Part shown: in pieces, positions 35,620-48,529 of the stretch | How the letters are laid out: every line of letters begins with the position of its first letter | Position numbering within the stretch: position 1 is the stretch's first letter | Assembly (NCBI RefSeq): GCF_020745735.1 | Contig: NC_083409.1 | Span: 20,966,098-21,030,097 of the forward strand | From: Hemiscyllium ocellatum | Lineage: Eukaryota | Direction: 5' to 3' | Length of the DNA: 64,000 nucleotides | Translations under genes and position numbers: made by a program | Notes under the pieces: generated by a model | Databases searched by the model: none | What the model was told of the DNA's origin: nothing | What the model saw: only the letters and a program-made list of their open reading frames with translations

Positions 35620-38600
35620 TGGACTCCCCCATACCAGGGAAATGACTTTGTCTATTTATCCTATCCATGCCTCATAATTTTGTAAACCTCTATAAGGTCT
35701 CCTCTCAGGCTCACATGCTCCAGAGATAACACCCCCAGCCTGCTCAGCCTCTCCCAATAGCGCAAATCTTCAAACCCTAGCAACATCCTTGTAAATCTTT
35801 TCTGAACCCTTTCAAGTTTCATAACATCTTTCCGAAAGGAGGGAGATTGGAATTGCATGCAATATTTCAACAGCAGCCTAAACAATGTTCTATATAGCTG
35901 CAACATGACCTACCAAACCCAGTACTCAATACTTTGACCGATAAATGAAAGCATACCAAACACCTTCTTCTCTTTCCTTTCTCCCTGCGACTCCATTTTC
36001 AACGAGCTATGAACCTGCACTCCAAGGTCTCTTTGTTCAGCAACATTCCCTAGGGCATTACCATTAAGGGTATTCATCCTGCTAAGATTTGCTTTCCCAA
36101 AATGCAGCACCTCACCCTCATCTGAATTAAACTCCATCTGCCACTTCTCATCCAATTGGCCCATTTGATCAAGACCTTGTTGTAATCTGAGGTAACCTGA
36201 TCTATAGTTCCCTGGCTTGTTATCCACCACACCTCCAATTTTGGTGTCGTCTGCAAACATACTGACTGTACCTCTTATGGTCATATCCAAATCATTTATA
36301 TAAATTACAAAAAGTAGTGGACCCAGCACTGATCCTTGTGACACTCCACTGGTCAGAGACTTCCAGTCTAAAAAGCATCCCTCCACCACCACCCTCCGTC
36401 TTTTATCTTTGAGCCAGTTCTGTATTCAAATGGCTAGTTGTCCATCTGAAATCTACCTTTACAACCAGTGTCCCATGGAGAACATTGTTGAATGCCTTAC
36501 TGAAGTCCATATAGATCACATCTACCATTCTGGCCTCATCAATCCTCTTTGTTACTTCCTCAAAAAACACAATCAGTTTTGTGAGATACGATTTCCCACG
36601 CACAAAGCCATGTTGACTATCGCTAATCAGTCCTTGCCTTTTGAAATACATATACCTCCTGAACCTCAGGATTTCCCCCAACAACTTGCCCACCACCGAC
36701 GTCAGGCTCACAGGTACATTGTTCCCTGGCTTATCCTTGTCAGATTTCTTAAAAAGTGGCAAAACTTTCGACAGCCTCTAGTCTTCCAGCACCTGTCCTG
36801 TGACTATCGATGTTACAAATATCTCAGCAAGAGGCCCAGCAATTACTTCCTTAGCTTCCCACAAAGTTCTAAGGTACACCAGATCAGGTCCGGGGGATTT
36901 ATTCACCTTTGTGCGTTTCAAGTGATCCAGCAATTCCTTCTCTGTGATATGGACATTTCACAAGGCGTCACCATTTTCTCCTACATTCTACACTTTCCAT
37001 ATCCTTTTCTCCAGTAAATACTGATGCAAAATACTCATTTAGTTTCTCCACCATCTCCTGCGGCTCCACAAAAAGTCTGCCTTGCTGATTTTTATGGGGC
37101 CCTATTCTCTCCCCCGTTACATTTTTGTCCTTGATATATTTGTAAAAACTCTTTGGATTCTTCTTAAGCTATCTCATGTTCCCTTTTTGCCCTCCTGATT
37201 TCCCTCTTAAGTATACTCCTACTGCCTTTATACTCTTCTCGTGATACACTCGATCTATCCTGTCTATACCTGAAATATGCTTCCTTCTTTTCCTTAATCA
37301 AACACTCAATATATTTAGTCATCCAGGATTGCCTATACTTACTAGCCTTTCCTTTCACCCTAAAAGGAATATGCTTTCTCTGTATTCTTGTTATCTCATT
37401 TTTGAAGGCTTCCCATTTTCCAGTCGTTCCTTTACCTGTGAACATCTGTACCCAATCAGTTTTCGAATGTTCTTGCCTTTTACCGTCAAAATTGGCCTTT
37501 CTGCAGTTTAGAACTTCAAATTTTAGATCTGGTCTTATTCTTTTCCTTCAAATCTAATAGAATTATGGTCGCTGGCCAAAGTGCTCCCCCACTGACACTT
37601 CAGTCACCTGCCCTGCCTTATTTCCCAAGAGTAGGTCACGTTTGGCACCTTCTCTATTGGGTACATCCACATACTGGATCAGAATGTTTTCTTGTACACA
37701 CTTAACAACTTCCTCTCCATTTAAACCCTTAACATGATGACAGTCACAGTCTATGTTTGGAAACTTAATATCATAATAAAAGGAATAAAAGGATGACTAG
37801 GGTAGGTATCGGTCCAGTCAAGGATAGTAGTGGGAAGTTGTGTGTGGAGGTGGAGGAGATTGGAGAGACACTAAATCAATACTTTTCATCAGTATTCACT
37901 CAGGAACAGGACACTGTTGCTGATGTGAATATGGAGTCACAAATGATTAGAATGGATGGCCTGGAAATATGCAGGGAAGAGGTTCTGGGAATATTGGAAA
38001 GGATGAAAATAGATAAGTCTCCTGGGCCTGATGGCATTTACCCTAGGATCCTATGGGAAGCTAGGGAGGAGATAGCAGAGCCATTGGCCTGGATTTTTAT
38101 GTCGTCATTGTCAACGGGAATAGTACCAGAGGACTGGAGGATAGCGAATGTGGTCCCCTTGTTCAAGAAAGGGAGTAGGGATAGCACTAGTAACTATAGG
38201 CCAGTGAGTCTGACTTCAGTGGTGGGCAAAGTCTTAGAGAGAATGGTAAGGGATAAGATTTATGAACATCTGGATAGGAATAACGTGATCAAGGATAGCC
38301 AGCATGGTTTTGTGAAGGGCAGGTCGTGCCTCACAAACCTTATTGAGTTCTTTGAGAAGGTGACTAAGGAAGTGGACGAGGGTAAAGCAGTAGATGTTGT
38401 GTATATGGATTTTAGTAAGGCGTTCGATAAGGTTCCCCATGGTAGGCTAATGCTAAAACTACGGAGGTATGGCATTGAGGATACATTAGAGGTTTGGATT
38501 AGGAATTGGCTGGCTGGAAGGAGACAGAGGGTAGTAGTTGATGGACTACGTTCCTCTTGGAGTGCAGTTACTAGCGGTGTACCACAAGGATCTGTTTTGG

Positions 38601-39860
38601 GACCAATGCTTTTTGTTATCTTTATAAATGATCTAGAGGAAGGGCTTGAAAGCTGGGTAAGCAAGTTTGCGGATGACACAAAAGTCGGTGGAGTTGTGGA
38701 TAGTGAGGAAGGAAGTGGTAGGTTACAGCGGGATATAGATAAGTTGCAGAGCTGGGCAGAAATGTGGCAAATGGAATTCAATGTAGCTAAGTGTGAAGTC
38801 ATTCACTTTGGTAGGAGTAACAAGAAGATGGATTACTGGGCTAATGGTAGGCTACTTGGTAGTGTGGATGAGCAGAGGGATCTTGGTGTCCATGTACACA
38901 GATCTCTGAAAGTTGCCACCCAGGTAAATAGTGCTGTGAGGAAGGCATATGGTGTACTGGGCTTTATTGGTAGAGGAATTGAGTTCCGGAGTCCTGAGGT
39001 CATGTTGCAACTGTATAAGACTCTGGTGCGGCCTCATCTGGAGTATTGTGTGCAGTTTTGGTCGCCATACTATAGGAAGGATGTGGAGGCATTGGAACGA
39101 GTGCAGAGGAGGTTTACCAGGATGTTGCCTGGAATGGTAGGAAAATCTTAAGAGGAAAGGCTGAGGCACTTGGGGCTGTTGTCATTGGAGAAGAGAAGGT
39201 TTAGGGGAGATTTGATAGAGGTGTATAAGATGATATGGGGTTTAGATAGGGTCGACACTGAGAACCTTTTACCGCTAATGGAGTCAGGTGTTACTAGGGG
39301 ACACAGCTTTAAATTAAGGGGTGGTAGGTATAGGACAGATGTTAGGGGTAGATTCTTTACACAGCGGGTTGTGAGTTCATGGAATGCCCTGCCAGTAGCA
39401 GTGGTGAACTCTCCTTCTTTATGGTCATTTGAGCGGGCATTGGATAGGCATTTGGAAGTTATTGGGCTAGTGTAGGTTAGGTAGGATTCGGTCGGCGCAA
39501 CATCGAGGGCCGAAGGGCCTGTACTGCGCTGTATCTTTCTATGTTCTATTTTCTATGTTCTATAACCATCTTATTATTCTTACAGATAGCTGAGATCTCC
39601 TTACAAATTTGCTTCTCAATTACCCTTTGACTATCAGAGGGTCAATCCCAACAAAGTCATAATCTCTTTCTTATTTCTCAGTTCCACCAAAATGACTTTG
39701 CTGGATGTATTTCCAGGAATATCCTTCCTTAGTACAGCTGTAATGCTATCCCTTATCAAATATGTCACTTCACCTCCTCTCTTGCCTCCTTTTCTATCCT
39801 CCCTGCAGCATTTGTATCCTGTTAAGGCTTCATCACAGAATCCTTGTGGAACACCATTCA
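35620..39860 (-). mobile_element. Old CR1 LINE (endonuclease and RT), interrupted by a younger CR1
   Basis: Minus-strand PVSLTSVVGKLL, QHGFVRGKSYLT, YMDFSKAF, GVSQGSVLGPLLFVIYINDLD, FADDTKIGG; endonuclease region at 37000-37770 and 39566-39860. Confidence 0.85.
37777..39561 (+). mobile_element. Young 5'-truncated CR1 LINE, RT ORF with a single nonsense codon
   Basis: 452-aa open RT frame 37793-39151, TAA at 39149-39151 where SYEERL is expected, same frame continues to the natural stop at 39475; ttctatg-type tail; ataa at both ends. Confidence 0.95.
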
Positions 39861-40104
39861 TCATGCTTTTTTGCCTTGTTGTCTGTCACTAAACCAATCT
39901 CCTAACCAAGTCAAACATTCATCTTTAATCCCATGGGTTTTAACTTTGGTCATCAGACTGTTTTGTGAAAACTATTGTGTATTTCTGCAAGTTGCTAAGA
40001 CTATACATCCTATCAACTATTTTAGTTAATGCATTTGATTTGTTTGTTAGAAATTACCCATCACAAATCTATGTGGACTATTTCCAATTCTCTGCTTAAG
40101 AAGG

Positions 40105-40407
40105 GGCAGCACGGTGGCACAGGGCACAGTGGTTATTGCTGCTGCCTCACAGCGCCAGAGACCAGAGTGTAATTCTCGCCTCAGGCAACTCTCTGTGTGG
40201 AATTTGCACATTATCCCCGTGTCTGCGTGGGTTTCCTCTCACAGTCCAAAAATGTGCAGGTTAAGTGAACTGGCTATGCTAAATTGCCCATAGTGTTAGG
40301 TGACGGGGTAAATGTAAGGGAATGGATCGTGGTGGGTGGGTCTTAAGAAGGTCTGTGTGGACTTGTTGGGCCGAAGGGCCGGTTTCCACACTGTAAGTAA
40401 TCTAACC
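40105..40407 (+). mobile_element. tRNA-derived SINE (HE1/V-SINE-like)
   Basis: Same head, core and tail as the 34060 copy, more diverged. Confidence 0.8.
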
Positions 40408-41845
40408 TTCATTCTCTCTGCTGTTAATTATAGATTCCAAAGAAAACCTCAAAAGAGATGTTAGATTGACGAGTATATAATTGTGTTGTGACCAGATCGG
40501 TGTCTGTGTGGAATCAGTCAGTGAGCCTGACACATTCAGGGACACCTCTGGTGCTGAAGATCATGATACTGCTGGTAAAGGTTGCATTTCTACTGAAACT
40601 GCACTCCCTCCTTACACACTCCCCACATGCCTCACTACAACTCCTGGAGATGCCAGCCAGCACCTTGTGCACTTGCTCAGTCTCCATTGACCTTGTCTCC
40701 ATTAGCTTTGAACCTCCTTCCAACCACCTACGTGGGCCTTCACTGAAGCTTGAGTCATTTCCTCTGAACCTTTATCATGTGTCTGCCATCTTGGAAATGA
40801 CGAACCTGGTCACCATTAACCTGCACTGCCCTCTCAGCAGGGTGCATAGACTGATTCAGCACAGAGAAGGTCCTATGGCCCATTGAGGTTGCACTGGCAT
40901 AACTTCCACTAAAGGCACTGTAATCACAATTTCTTTCACTTGTCTCAAATTCGTGAATGTTATGATATTTAAATGTCATAAGCTTTCCACTCTCCACTAC
41001 CTTCCCTGACAGAGGACTCATGCTTATAGCTTATATCACGTCAAGTTTAAAGAGGTTAATAAAAGTTCAAATCTTTGGGCTTTTGCTGTGGGTGGGTTGG
41101 TGGCTCGGTGGTTAGCACTGTTGCTTGACAGCACCAGGGAGCAGGGTTTGATTCCAGTCTCACGTGACTGACTTGTAGCATTTGCACATTCTCCTCGTGT
41201 CTGTGTGGGGTTCTTCTGGGTGCTCTGGTTTCCTCCCACAATCCAAATATATGCAGGGTATGTGGATTGGCCATGCTAAAAATGCCCATAGTGTTCAGGG
41301 ATGTATCATTTAGGCACATTAGGGGATCGGAATGGTTCTGGGTGGGTTACTCCTTGGGCCTGGTGATACGTGTATGCCAGACCAGGTAAGGACAGCAGTC
41401 CTTCTTCCCTCAAGGACAAAGTGATTTTTTTTTCTGACAATCGCCAATGGCTTCATGGTCATTTGATTTTCAGATTGTTATTGAATTGAAATTCCTCCAC
41501 CTGCAATGTGGGATTCAAATTCAGGTCCCCAGAACTTTACTTGGTTCTTCAGATTTAGAGTCTAGCTATGATACAACTAGGCTTTTTCCTATCCCAGAAG
41601 TATCCTTGCCTCTGATCCCGATACTGCTGTGGAATTCAGCTCTCTCCATAGAGTGGTTCATATGACAGTGTGATAAAGGCAAAAGAAATAAAAAGGGGAA
41701 TAAAATCAAAAAAAAAGCAGAGTATCAAAAGTACTGATACTCTGGGACCTGACTCTGAATAACAACTCCCTCCTTTTGTCACCCTCAATCTCTCCATGCT
41801 TACTCTTGATGCCCCTACAATCCAACTTGTGCTTCCTTTGGGAGA

Positions 41846-44788
41846 GTAAAAAATGAGGTCTGCAGATGCTGGAGATCACAGCTGCAAATGTGTTGCTGGT
41901 CAAAGCACAGCAGGTTAGGCAGCATCTCAGGAATAGAGAATTCGACGTTTCGAGCATAAGCCCTTCATCAGGAATAAGAGAGAGAGCCAAGCAGGCTGAG
42001 ATAAAAGGTAGGGAGGAGGGACTAGGGGGAGGGGCGATGGAGGTGGGAGAGGTGGAAGGAGGTCAAGGTGAGGGTGATAGGCCGGAGTGGGGTGGGGGCG
42101 GAGAGGTCAGGAAGAGGATTGCAGGTTAGGAGGGCGGTGCTGAGTTGAGGGAACCGACTGAGACAAGGTGGGGGGAGGGGAAATGAGGAAGCTGGAGAAA
42201 TCTGAATTCATACCTTGTGGTTGGAGGGTTCCCAGACGGAAGATGAGGCGCTCCTCCTCCAGCCGTCGTGTAGTTGTGTTCTGCCGGTGGAGGAGTCCAA
42301 AGACCTGCATGTCCTCGGTGGAGTGGGAGGGGGAGTTAAAGTGTTGAGCCACGGGGTGATTGGGTTGGTTGGTTCGGGCGGCCCAGAGTTGTTCTATGAA
42401 ACGTTCTGCAAGTAGGCGGCCTGTCTCCCAAATATAGAGGAGGCCACGTCGGGTGCAGCAGATGCAATAGATGATGTGTGTGGAGGTGCAGGTGAATTTA
42501 TGGCAGATATAGAAGGATCCCTTGGAGCCTTGCAGAGATGTAAGGTAGGAGGTGTGGGCGCAAGTATTGCATTTCTTGCAGTTGCAGGGGAAGGTGCCTG
42601 GAGTGGAGGTTGGGTTGGTGCAGTGTGTGGCCCTGACGAGGGAGTCATAGAGGGAGTGGTCTTTTCGGAACGCTGATAGGGGAGGGGAGGGAAATATATC
42701 CCTGGTGGAGCGGTCCATTTAGAGGTGGCAGAAATGACGGCGGATGATACGTTGTACATGGAGGTTGCTGGGGTGGTAGGTGAGAACCAGTGGGGTTCTG
42801 TCCTGGTGGCGGTTGGAGGGGCGTGGCTCAAGAGCGGAGGAGCGGGCAGTCGAGGAGATGGGGTGGAGGGCATCGTCAATCACGTTTGGGGGGAAACTGC
42901 AGTCCTTGAAGACGGAGACCATCTGGGCTGTACGTATTGGAAGTGGTCCTCCTGGGAGCAGATGCGGTGGAGACGAAGGAATTGGGAATATGTGATGGCG
43001 TTTTTATAGGGGGCAGGGTGGGAGGCGGTGTCATCTGGGTTGCTGTGGTAGTCAGTCGGTTTATAGTAAATGTCCGTGTTGATTCAGTCGTCCGAGATAG
43101 AAATGGAAAGATCTAGGAAGGGGAGGGAGGAGTCTGAGATGGTCCAAGTGAATTTGAGGTCGGAATGGAAGGTGTTGGTAAAGTGGATGAACTGTTCAAA
43201 CTCCTCGTGGGAGCACAAGGCAGCACCGATACAGTCATTGATGTAGCAGAGGAAAAGATGGGGGGTGATGCCAGTGTAGTTGCGGAAGATGGACTGTTCC
43301 ACATATCCTACGACGAGGCAGGCAAAGCTGGGACCCATGCGGGTGCCCATGGCTACTCCTTTGGTTTGGAGTAAGTGGGAGGATTGGAAAGAGAAATTGT
43401 TCAGGGTGAGGACCAGTTCATTCAGTCAAAGGAGGGTGTCAGTGGAAGGGTACTGGTTGGTACGGCGGGAAAGGAAGAAGCGGAGGGCTTTGAGTCCTTC
43501 GTGATGGGGGATAGAGGTGTACAAGGACTGGATGTCCAAGGTGAAGATAAGGCGTTGGGGACCAGGGAAGCAAAAATCATGGCGGAGGTGGAGAGCGTGG
43601 GTGGTGTCCCGAATGTAGGTGGGGAGTTCTTGAACTAAGGGGGACAGGACCGTGTCGAGGTATGCACAGTTGACTTCGGTGGGGCAGGAGTAGGCTGAGA
43701 CAATGGATCCGTCGGGGCAGTCAGGTTTGTGGATTTTGGGCAGGAGGTAGAAACGGGCGGTGCGGGGCTATGAGGTTGGAGGCGGTGGATGGGAGATCCC
43801 CTGAGGTGATGAGGTTATGGATGGTCTGGGAGATGATGGTTTGGTGGTGGGAGGTGGGGTCATGGTCAAGAGGGCAGTAGGAGGGAGTGTCCGAGAGCTG
43901 GCGTCTAGCCTCAGCGGTGTAAAGATCGGTGTGCCAAACTACTACTGCGCCCACCTTGTCTGCCGGTTTAATGGTGAGGTTGGGATTGGAGCGGAGGGCT
44001 GCACGTTCCGAGGGTGAGAGGTTGGAGTGGGTGAGAGGGGTGGAGAGGTTGATGCGGTTAATATCACGGCGGCAGTTGACTATGAAGAGATCGAGGGCGG
44101 TAAGAGGCCAGCACGGGGCGTCCAAGCTGTGTTGGAGGTGGGAGAAGGGGTTGTCAGAGGGTGGGCGAGAATCTTGGTTGAAGAAATAGGCACGGAGGCG
44201 ACGGCAGCAGAAAATTGTTAGATTTCTCTCCGCATGTTGAACTCGTTAATCCGAGAGCGTAGGGGACTGAAGGTGAGGCCTCTGCTGAGGACTGATCTTT
44301 CATCGTCAGAGAGGGGTAGTTCTGGAGGGATGGTGACAACATGGCAGGGCTGGGAGCTAGGACCTGCTGTGGGACTGGAGCTGGGAGTGAGGGCGGGGTT
44401 AGGTGCGGTGGCAGGGACGGAGATCGGCGTGCTGGCGGGGTTAAGCGTGGTGATGGAGATTGGTGTGGGGGCGGAGATATATGTGGCGTTGTGGTCGTGC
44501 AGGTTAGTGATGTCACTGGGGGGGAAGTGGCTGCAGCGACGGCAACCCAAGGGGTGGAAGTGGCTGCGGCGAAGAAAGAAACCGTGTTATTCATGATAGC
44601 CGTGGAGGTCGCGAATCCATCGGCAATGGACTTCCTGGCGATCGTGGAGGCGGTTGTCTGGTCGGCGATCGTGGAGGCTGCGAGGTCGGTGGGGCCGGAA
44701 GTGACGTCGTGGTGGCGGCGGTTGTTGGCGCTGGCGCTGTAGCGGCCGCGTGGTTAATGCGCCCGACTGATTTTGGAGGCCAATGGAA
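41846..44788 (-). mobile_element. Penelope-like retroelement, near full length, frameshifted
   Basis: Minus strand: IKPADK.GAVVV, MGTRMGPSFACL.VGYVE, YINDCI (YIDD-like), LPFLDLSI, and GIY-YIG-like IIYCICCTRRGLLYIWETGRLLAERF; terminus with a hammerhead motif at the left end. Confidence 0.9.
41940..41975 (-). ncRNA. Minimal hammerhead ribozyme motif in a Penelope terminus
   Basis: AUUC-CUGAUGA-A-GGGC(UUAU)GCUC-GAAACGUC-GAAU: intact core, 4-bp helix I, 4-bp helix II (one G-U), palindromic ACGU, GUC cleavage triplet. Confidence 0.65.
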
Positions 44789-44844
44789 AATCCGTTATTT
44801 ACAACAGAAAGGTTATGACCCCACACTCACCACGTATCCATGTC

Positions 44845-45196
44845 CCACTGGACTGACCAATGGAGATCAGTAAGCATGGAATACATTCCCACTGAACTCT
44901 CCAATAAAGAGCATTAAACATGGGCCTCTTTGCCACTGGAGCCTCCAATGGAGACAAGTAAATATGTGTCTATTTCCCACTGAATACTCCAGCAGTGATT
45001 AGTTAACATGGACCTTATTCCTGTTGGACCCTCCAATAGAAACCCGGAAAGAAAGGCCTCCATTACTTTGAACTCTCCAGTACTGACCAGTAAATATGGA
45101 ACAGCTTTAAACTGGTCCCTCCAATACAGACCAGTAAACATGTGACTCTTTGTGACTGGATGCTCCAATACAGACCAGTAAACAAGGATCTCATTG
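44845..45196. repeat. 44-bp degenerate tandem array, eight units (continues at about 46292-46390)
   Basis: Units start at 44845, 44889, 44933, 44977, 45021, 45065, 45109 and 45153; approximate consensus ccactggaccctccaatagagaccagtaaacatgggcctctttc. Confidence 0.9.
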
Positions 45197-47354
45197 CCTT
45201 AGCAAGATTGAACTTCGGAATGAGGAGCATGAAGAGGTAATTCAGCCCTTCTAGCCAGTTTCGTATTTAACATGATCATAGCTGATCTCAACATCCTCTC
45301 CACTTTCCAGACTGCTCCCTATTGCCCTCTATCCTGCTTTTCATCAGAAAGATATCTGTTTCTTTCTTGAATCTGTTGATTGATTCTGCCTCCATTGTGC
45401 TTGAGGAAGTGGGGGAGTGGGGAGGGGGTGGGAGAGGTTGGCGGGGTTGGTGATGTTGTGCACTGACTTCCACAGATTCACAACCCTCCGAGAGAAGCAG
45501 TTGGACTGGAATGGATTCCATACAGTATGGAACCAGGCCATTCAGCCCAACTAGTCTACACCGAACCTTCAAAGAACCTTCCACCCAGATCCATTCACGA
45601 ATCCTTTCCCTGTAACCCTACATTTCTCATGACTAATGAATCTAACCTACACTTTCCTGGACACTATGCATAAATTAGCATGGCCAATCCTCCGAATGTG
45701 TGTACATCATTAGACTGTGGGAGGAAATCAGAGCACACAGATGAAACTCACATAGACAGGAGGAGAATGTGCAAACTCCACGAAATTGCCTGAGAGTGGA
45801 GTTGAACCTTGGTCCCTGGCACTGTGAGGCAGCGGTACTCACCACTGCACCACTGTGCCACCAGTAGTTTCTCCTCATCTCAGTTTTAAACATATCTCCT
45901 CTCACTCTATATCTATGATCTATTGTTCGAGACTGGTCCACAAGAGACCAGTTCTGTTCCGTCCCTTTAGCATCTTATATACTTCCCTCATATTCTCCCT
46001 TCATGCGACTGAATTCCAGTGAGTACAAGCCCTAGCTATTCAACCCTTCCTCATATGACAGCTCTTTCATTCTGGGAATCCGTCTGGTGAACATCCTCTG
46101 AACTGCATTCAGTGCCACCATATCTTTCATCAAGTAAGAAGACCAAAACTGGACTCAATGCTTCAGATGTGGTCTATCCAGTGCCTCATAGAATTGTAAC
46201 AATATTTCTTTATTTCTGTAATCCAGTCCTTTTATAATAAATACCAAGATTCCAATTGCTGCAAGAAATGCCAATATTCCAATTCCATGGAATCTCATTG
46301 GAACCTCCAATAGAGATCAGGAAACATGGGCCTCCAAACCACTGGAATTTCCAATGGACATCAATAAGCCTGGACCTCTTTCCAACTGGACCCTTCAGTA
46401 TTGCAGCTTCAAACCCCACATCCTCTCCATCACATAGGTCTCTTATTTCAAACTCCACAACATGGCCCTTCTCTGCTCTACATCAGCCCTTGACCACAGA
46501 AACTCTTATTCCCGCTCATCCCACCTCCAAACTTCATCATTCTAATGTTCTCTCTCAGCTTTCTCCATCTGTGCTCCATAAATTCCAAATTGTCTGAAAT
46601 GGCGTGGCCCCTTCCCTGTCTCACACCAAGGAGGAGATGGACAGATTTGATAATAGCAATTAGTTGAAAAGTTACGGAGAATGGGTGTGGTCAGAATTGG
46701 TCAAATTGATGAGGGTTCATGTAATTGAATATCCTGCTGGCAGGCTCCAGCCTTTTAGACACAGAATGCAGAAGTGTGCATGGGAGGAATATATTGTATA
46801 GCTCCACAGAACTAAACCTCAGCGTCAGATGTCCCTCAGGAGGGGACTTAGAATGTTCAGGGTCCTGAGCTCCATTTCCCATCCCAGGCCGTTTGCCTTC
46901 CAATGAATGGATGAGGTGCCAATTTGGAGCCCAGGTTAGGGGCAGGTCCACAAGAGGCAGCTGGAGATCGAGCTGAAAAGGAAAGATTTGCTGTGTTATG
47001 GGCTGAGAGGGGGGCAGTGGGACTAATTGGATCACTCACAGACAGGATGGGCTGAATGGCCGCCTCGTGTGCAAGAGAGAGCAGATTTAGGACTAAATTG
47101 AGAAGGAACTTCTGCACCTAGAGGGTTGTGATTTTATGGAATACACTGCCCAGTGAAGTCGTTGAGGTTTCCTCAGTAAACGTTTTTTAAAGCTAAGACA
47201 GGTAATTTTTGAACAGTAACCCAATCAATGGTTTTGGTGAAAATGTGGGTAGGGGGAGCTGAGGACATGAAAAGATCACCATGATCGTAATGAATGGCAG
47301 AGCGGGCGCAAGAGTTCAGATAGCCTGCTCCTGCTCCTAGTTCTAATGTTCTTA

Positions 47355-47690
47355 TGTGCTGTCAGATTCCAGAGAGTGCAGACAGTTCACAGCTTTCTCC
47401 CGTCTCAGTAACAAACATCCAGCTGCTCTGAGCTCCTTCTTTCACTTCCTCTATTGATGAAGTTTCAACCTTGCTCTCTGACAGTCTTTGCAGTTATTTT
47501 TTACACAGGGGCTTTCTGCTGTGGTCAGAATCACTGATAGTAAGTGTCAAATCAGTGACAATCACAGCAGCTAAAAGCCGTCAGGACTGAGGAGCCAGGC
47601 TCACTGTGAAACACATTGGGCAGATCAAAACCAGCTCCCTGTATCAACTCCATCCCTCTCCCTGAGCACTGTCTGCTGGTCAACCAGACT
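47355..47690. promoter_or_regulatory. Conserved non-coding block (paralog of 16240-16575); candidate intronic enhancer
   Basis: TTTCACTTCC (EICE, minus) at 47440-47449; TGTGGTC at 47520-47526. Confidence 0.4.
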
Positions 47691-48529
47691 CTTCACAAAA
47701 CCAGAATACCTCAGCAGGTCTGGCAGCATCAGAGGAAAGAATTCAGAGATAACCTTTCAGGACGAGTGACCCTTCTTCAAAACAATTCTGAGAAGGTTCA
47801 CCTGTCCCAAAATGTTAACTCTGCTTTCTCTCCACAGATGGTGCCAAACCTGCTGAGCTTTTCCTGCAATTTCTGTTTGTGTTCCTCATTTGAAGCATCT
47901 GCAGCTTTTTCAGCTTTTATTTAGTATCAGACTCCTTACAATCCTGGCCTCGTCTTTGAGGCTGATCTGAGCCCCCAAGCCCTCCATATCACAGAGATCA
48001 CTCACTGAAAATCTTGGCCACTTCTTTGGGAATCCAAACATGATCATTGTAATGTTATCCAAGGCCACATCACGGCCACTGTCCTCTGTAAACTTCAGCT
48101 CATCCCAAACTCTGCTGCCCTTTTCCGAACTCGCAACAATTCCCATCCCCATCCCCCCACCATCCTCACTGACCTACATTGGCTACCGGTCCAACAACAC
48201 CTCGATTTTCAAATTCTCGTCCTTGTGCTAAGGTCCCTCCTTGTCCATTCACCCTCCCCATCTCTGTAACCTCCTCCTAGCTGCCTCACTCAGTGTGGTC
48301 AGTAATCTTGGATATATGGCTCTCTACTCCTTCCTCCAAGTCACTGAGAAATATGTGAAATCCCTGGGCACTCCACTATTCATCTCTTGCTCATTGGAGG
48401 ACACACACATTATCTCCTCACTCTGTCTCCTATCTCGCACCACCCTTTATGTGAAAATAATTCCTAATCCACGGCAAATGTATTTCTCTAATTCAATGTG
48501 TTTCCACGTTGATGAACAGTCGCTCAAAC

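Noticed and set aside
36409-38802. Long ORFs 36409-37017 (+, 202 aa) and 38260-38802 (-, 180 aa)
   Set aside because: They are antisense shadows of CR1 reverse transcriptase frames.
40500-40850. Cys-containing short ORFs on both strands
   Set aside because: No splice structure or recognisable domain; possibly a decayed repeat, not supportable.
44600-44770. GC/CpG-rich segment resembling a host CpG-island promoter
   Set aside because: Contiguous with the N-terminal coding region of the Penelope element; best read as a young element end.
44845-45196. Regular 44-bp periodicity suggesting a CRISPR array or a class-switch region
   Set aside because: Eukaryotic context, contiguous degenerate units with no repeat-spacer alternation and no cas genes; not G-rich or AGCT-rich, and light chains do not switch.
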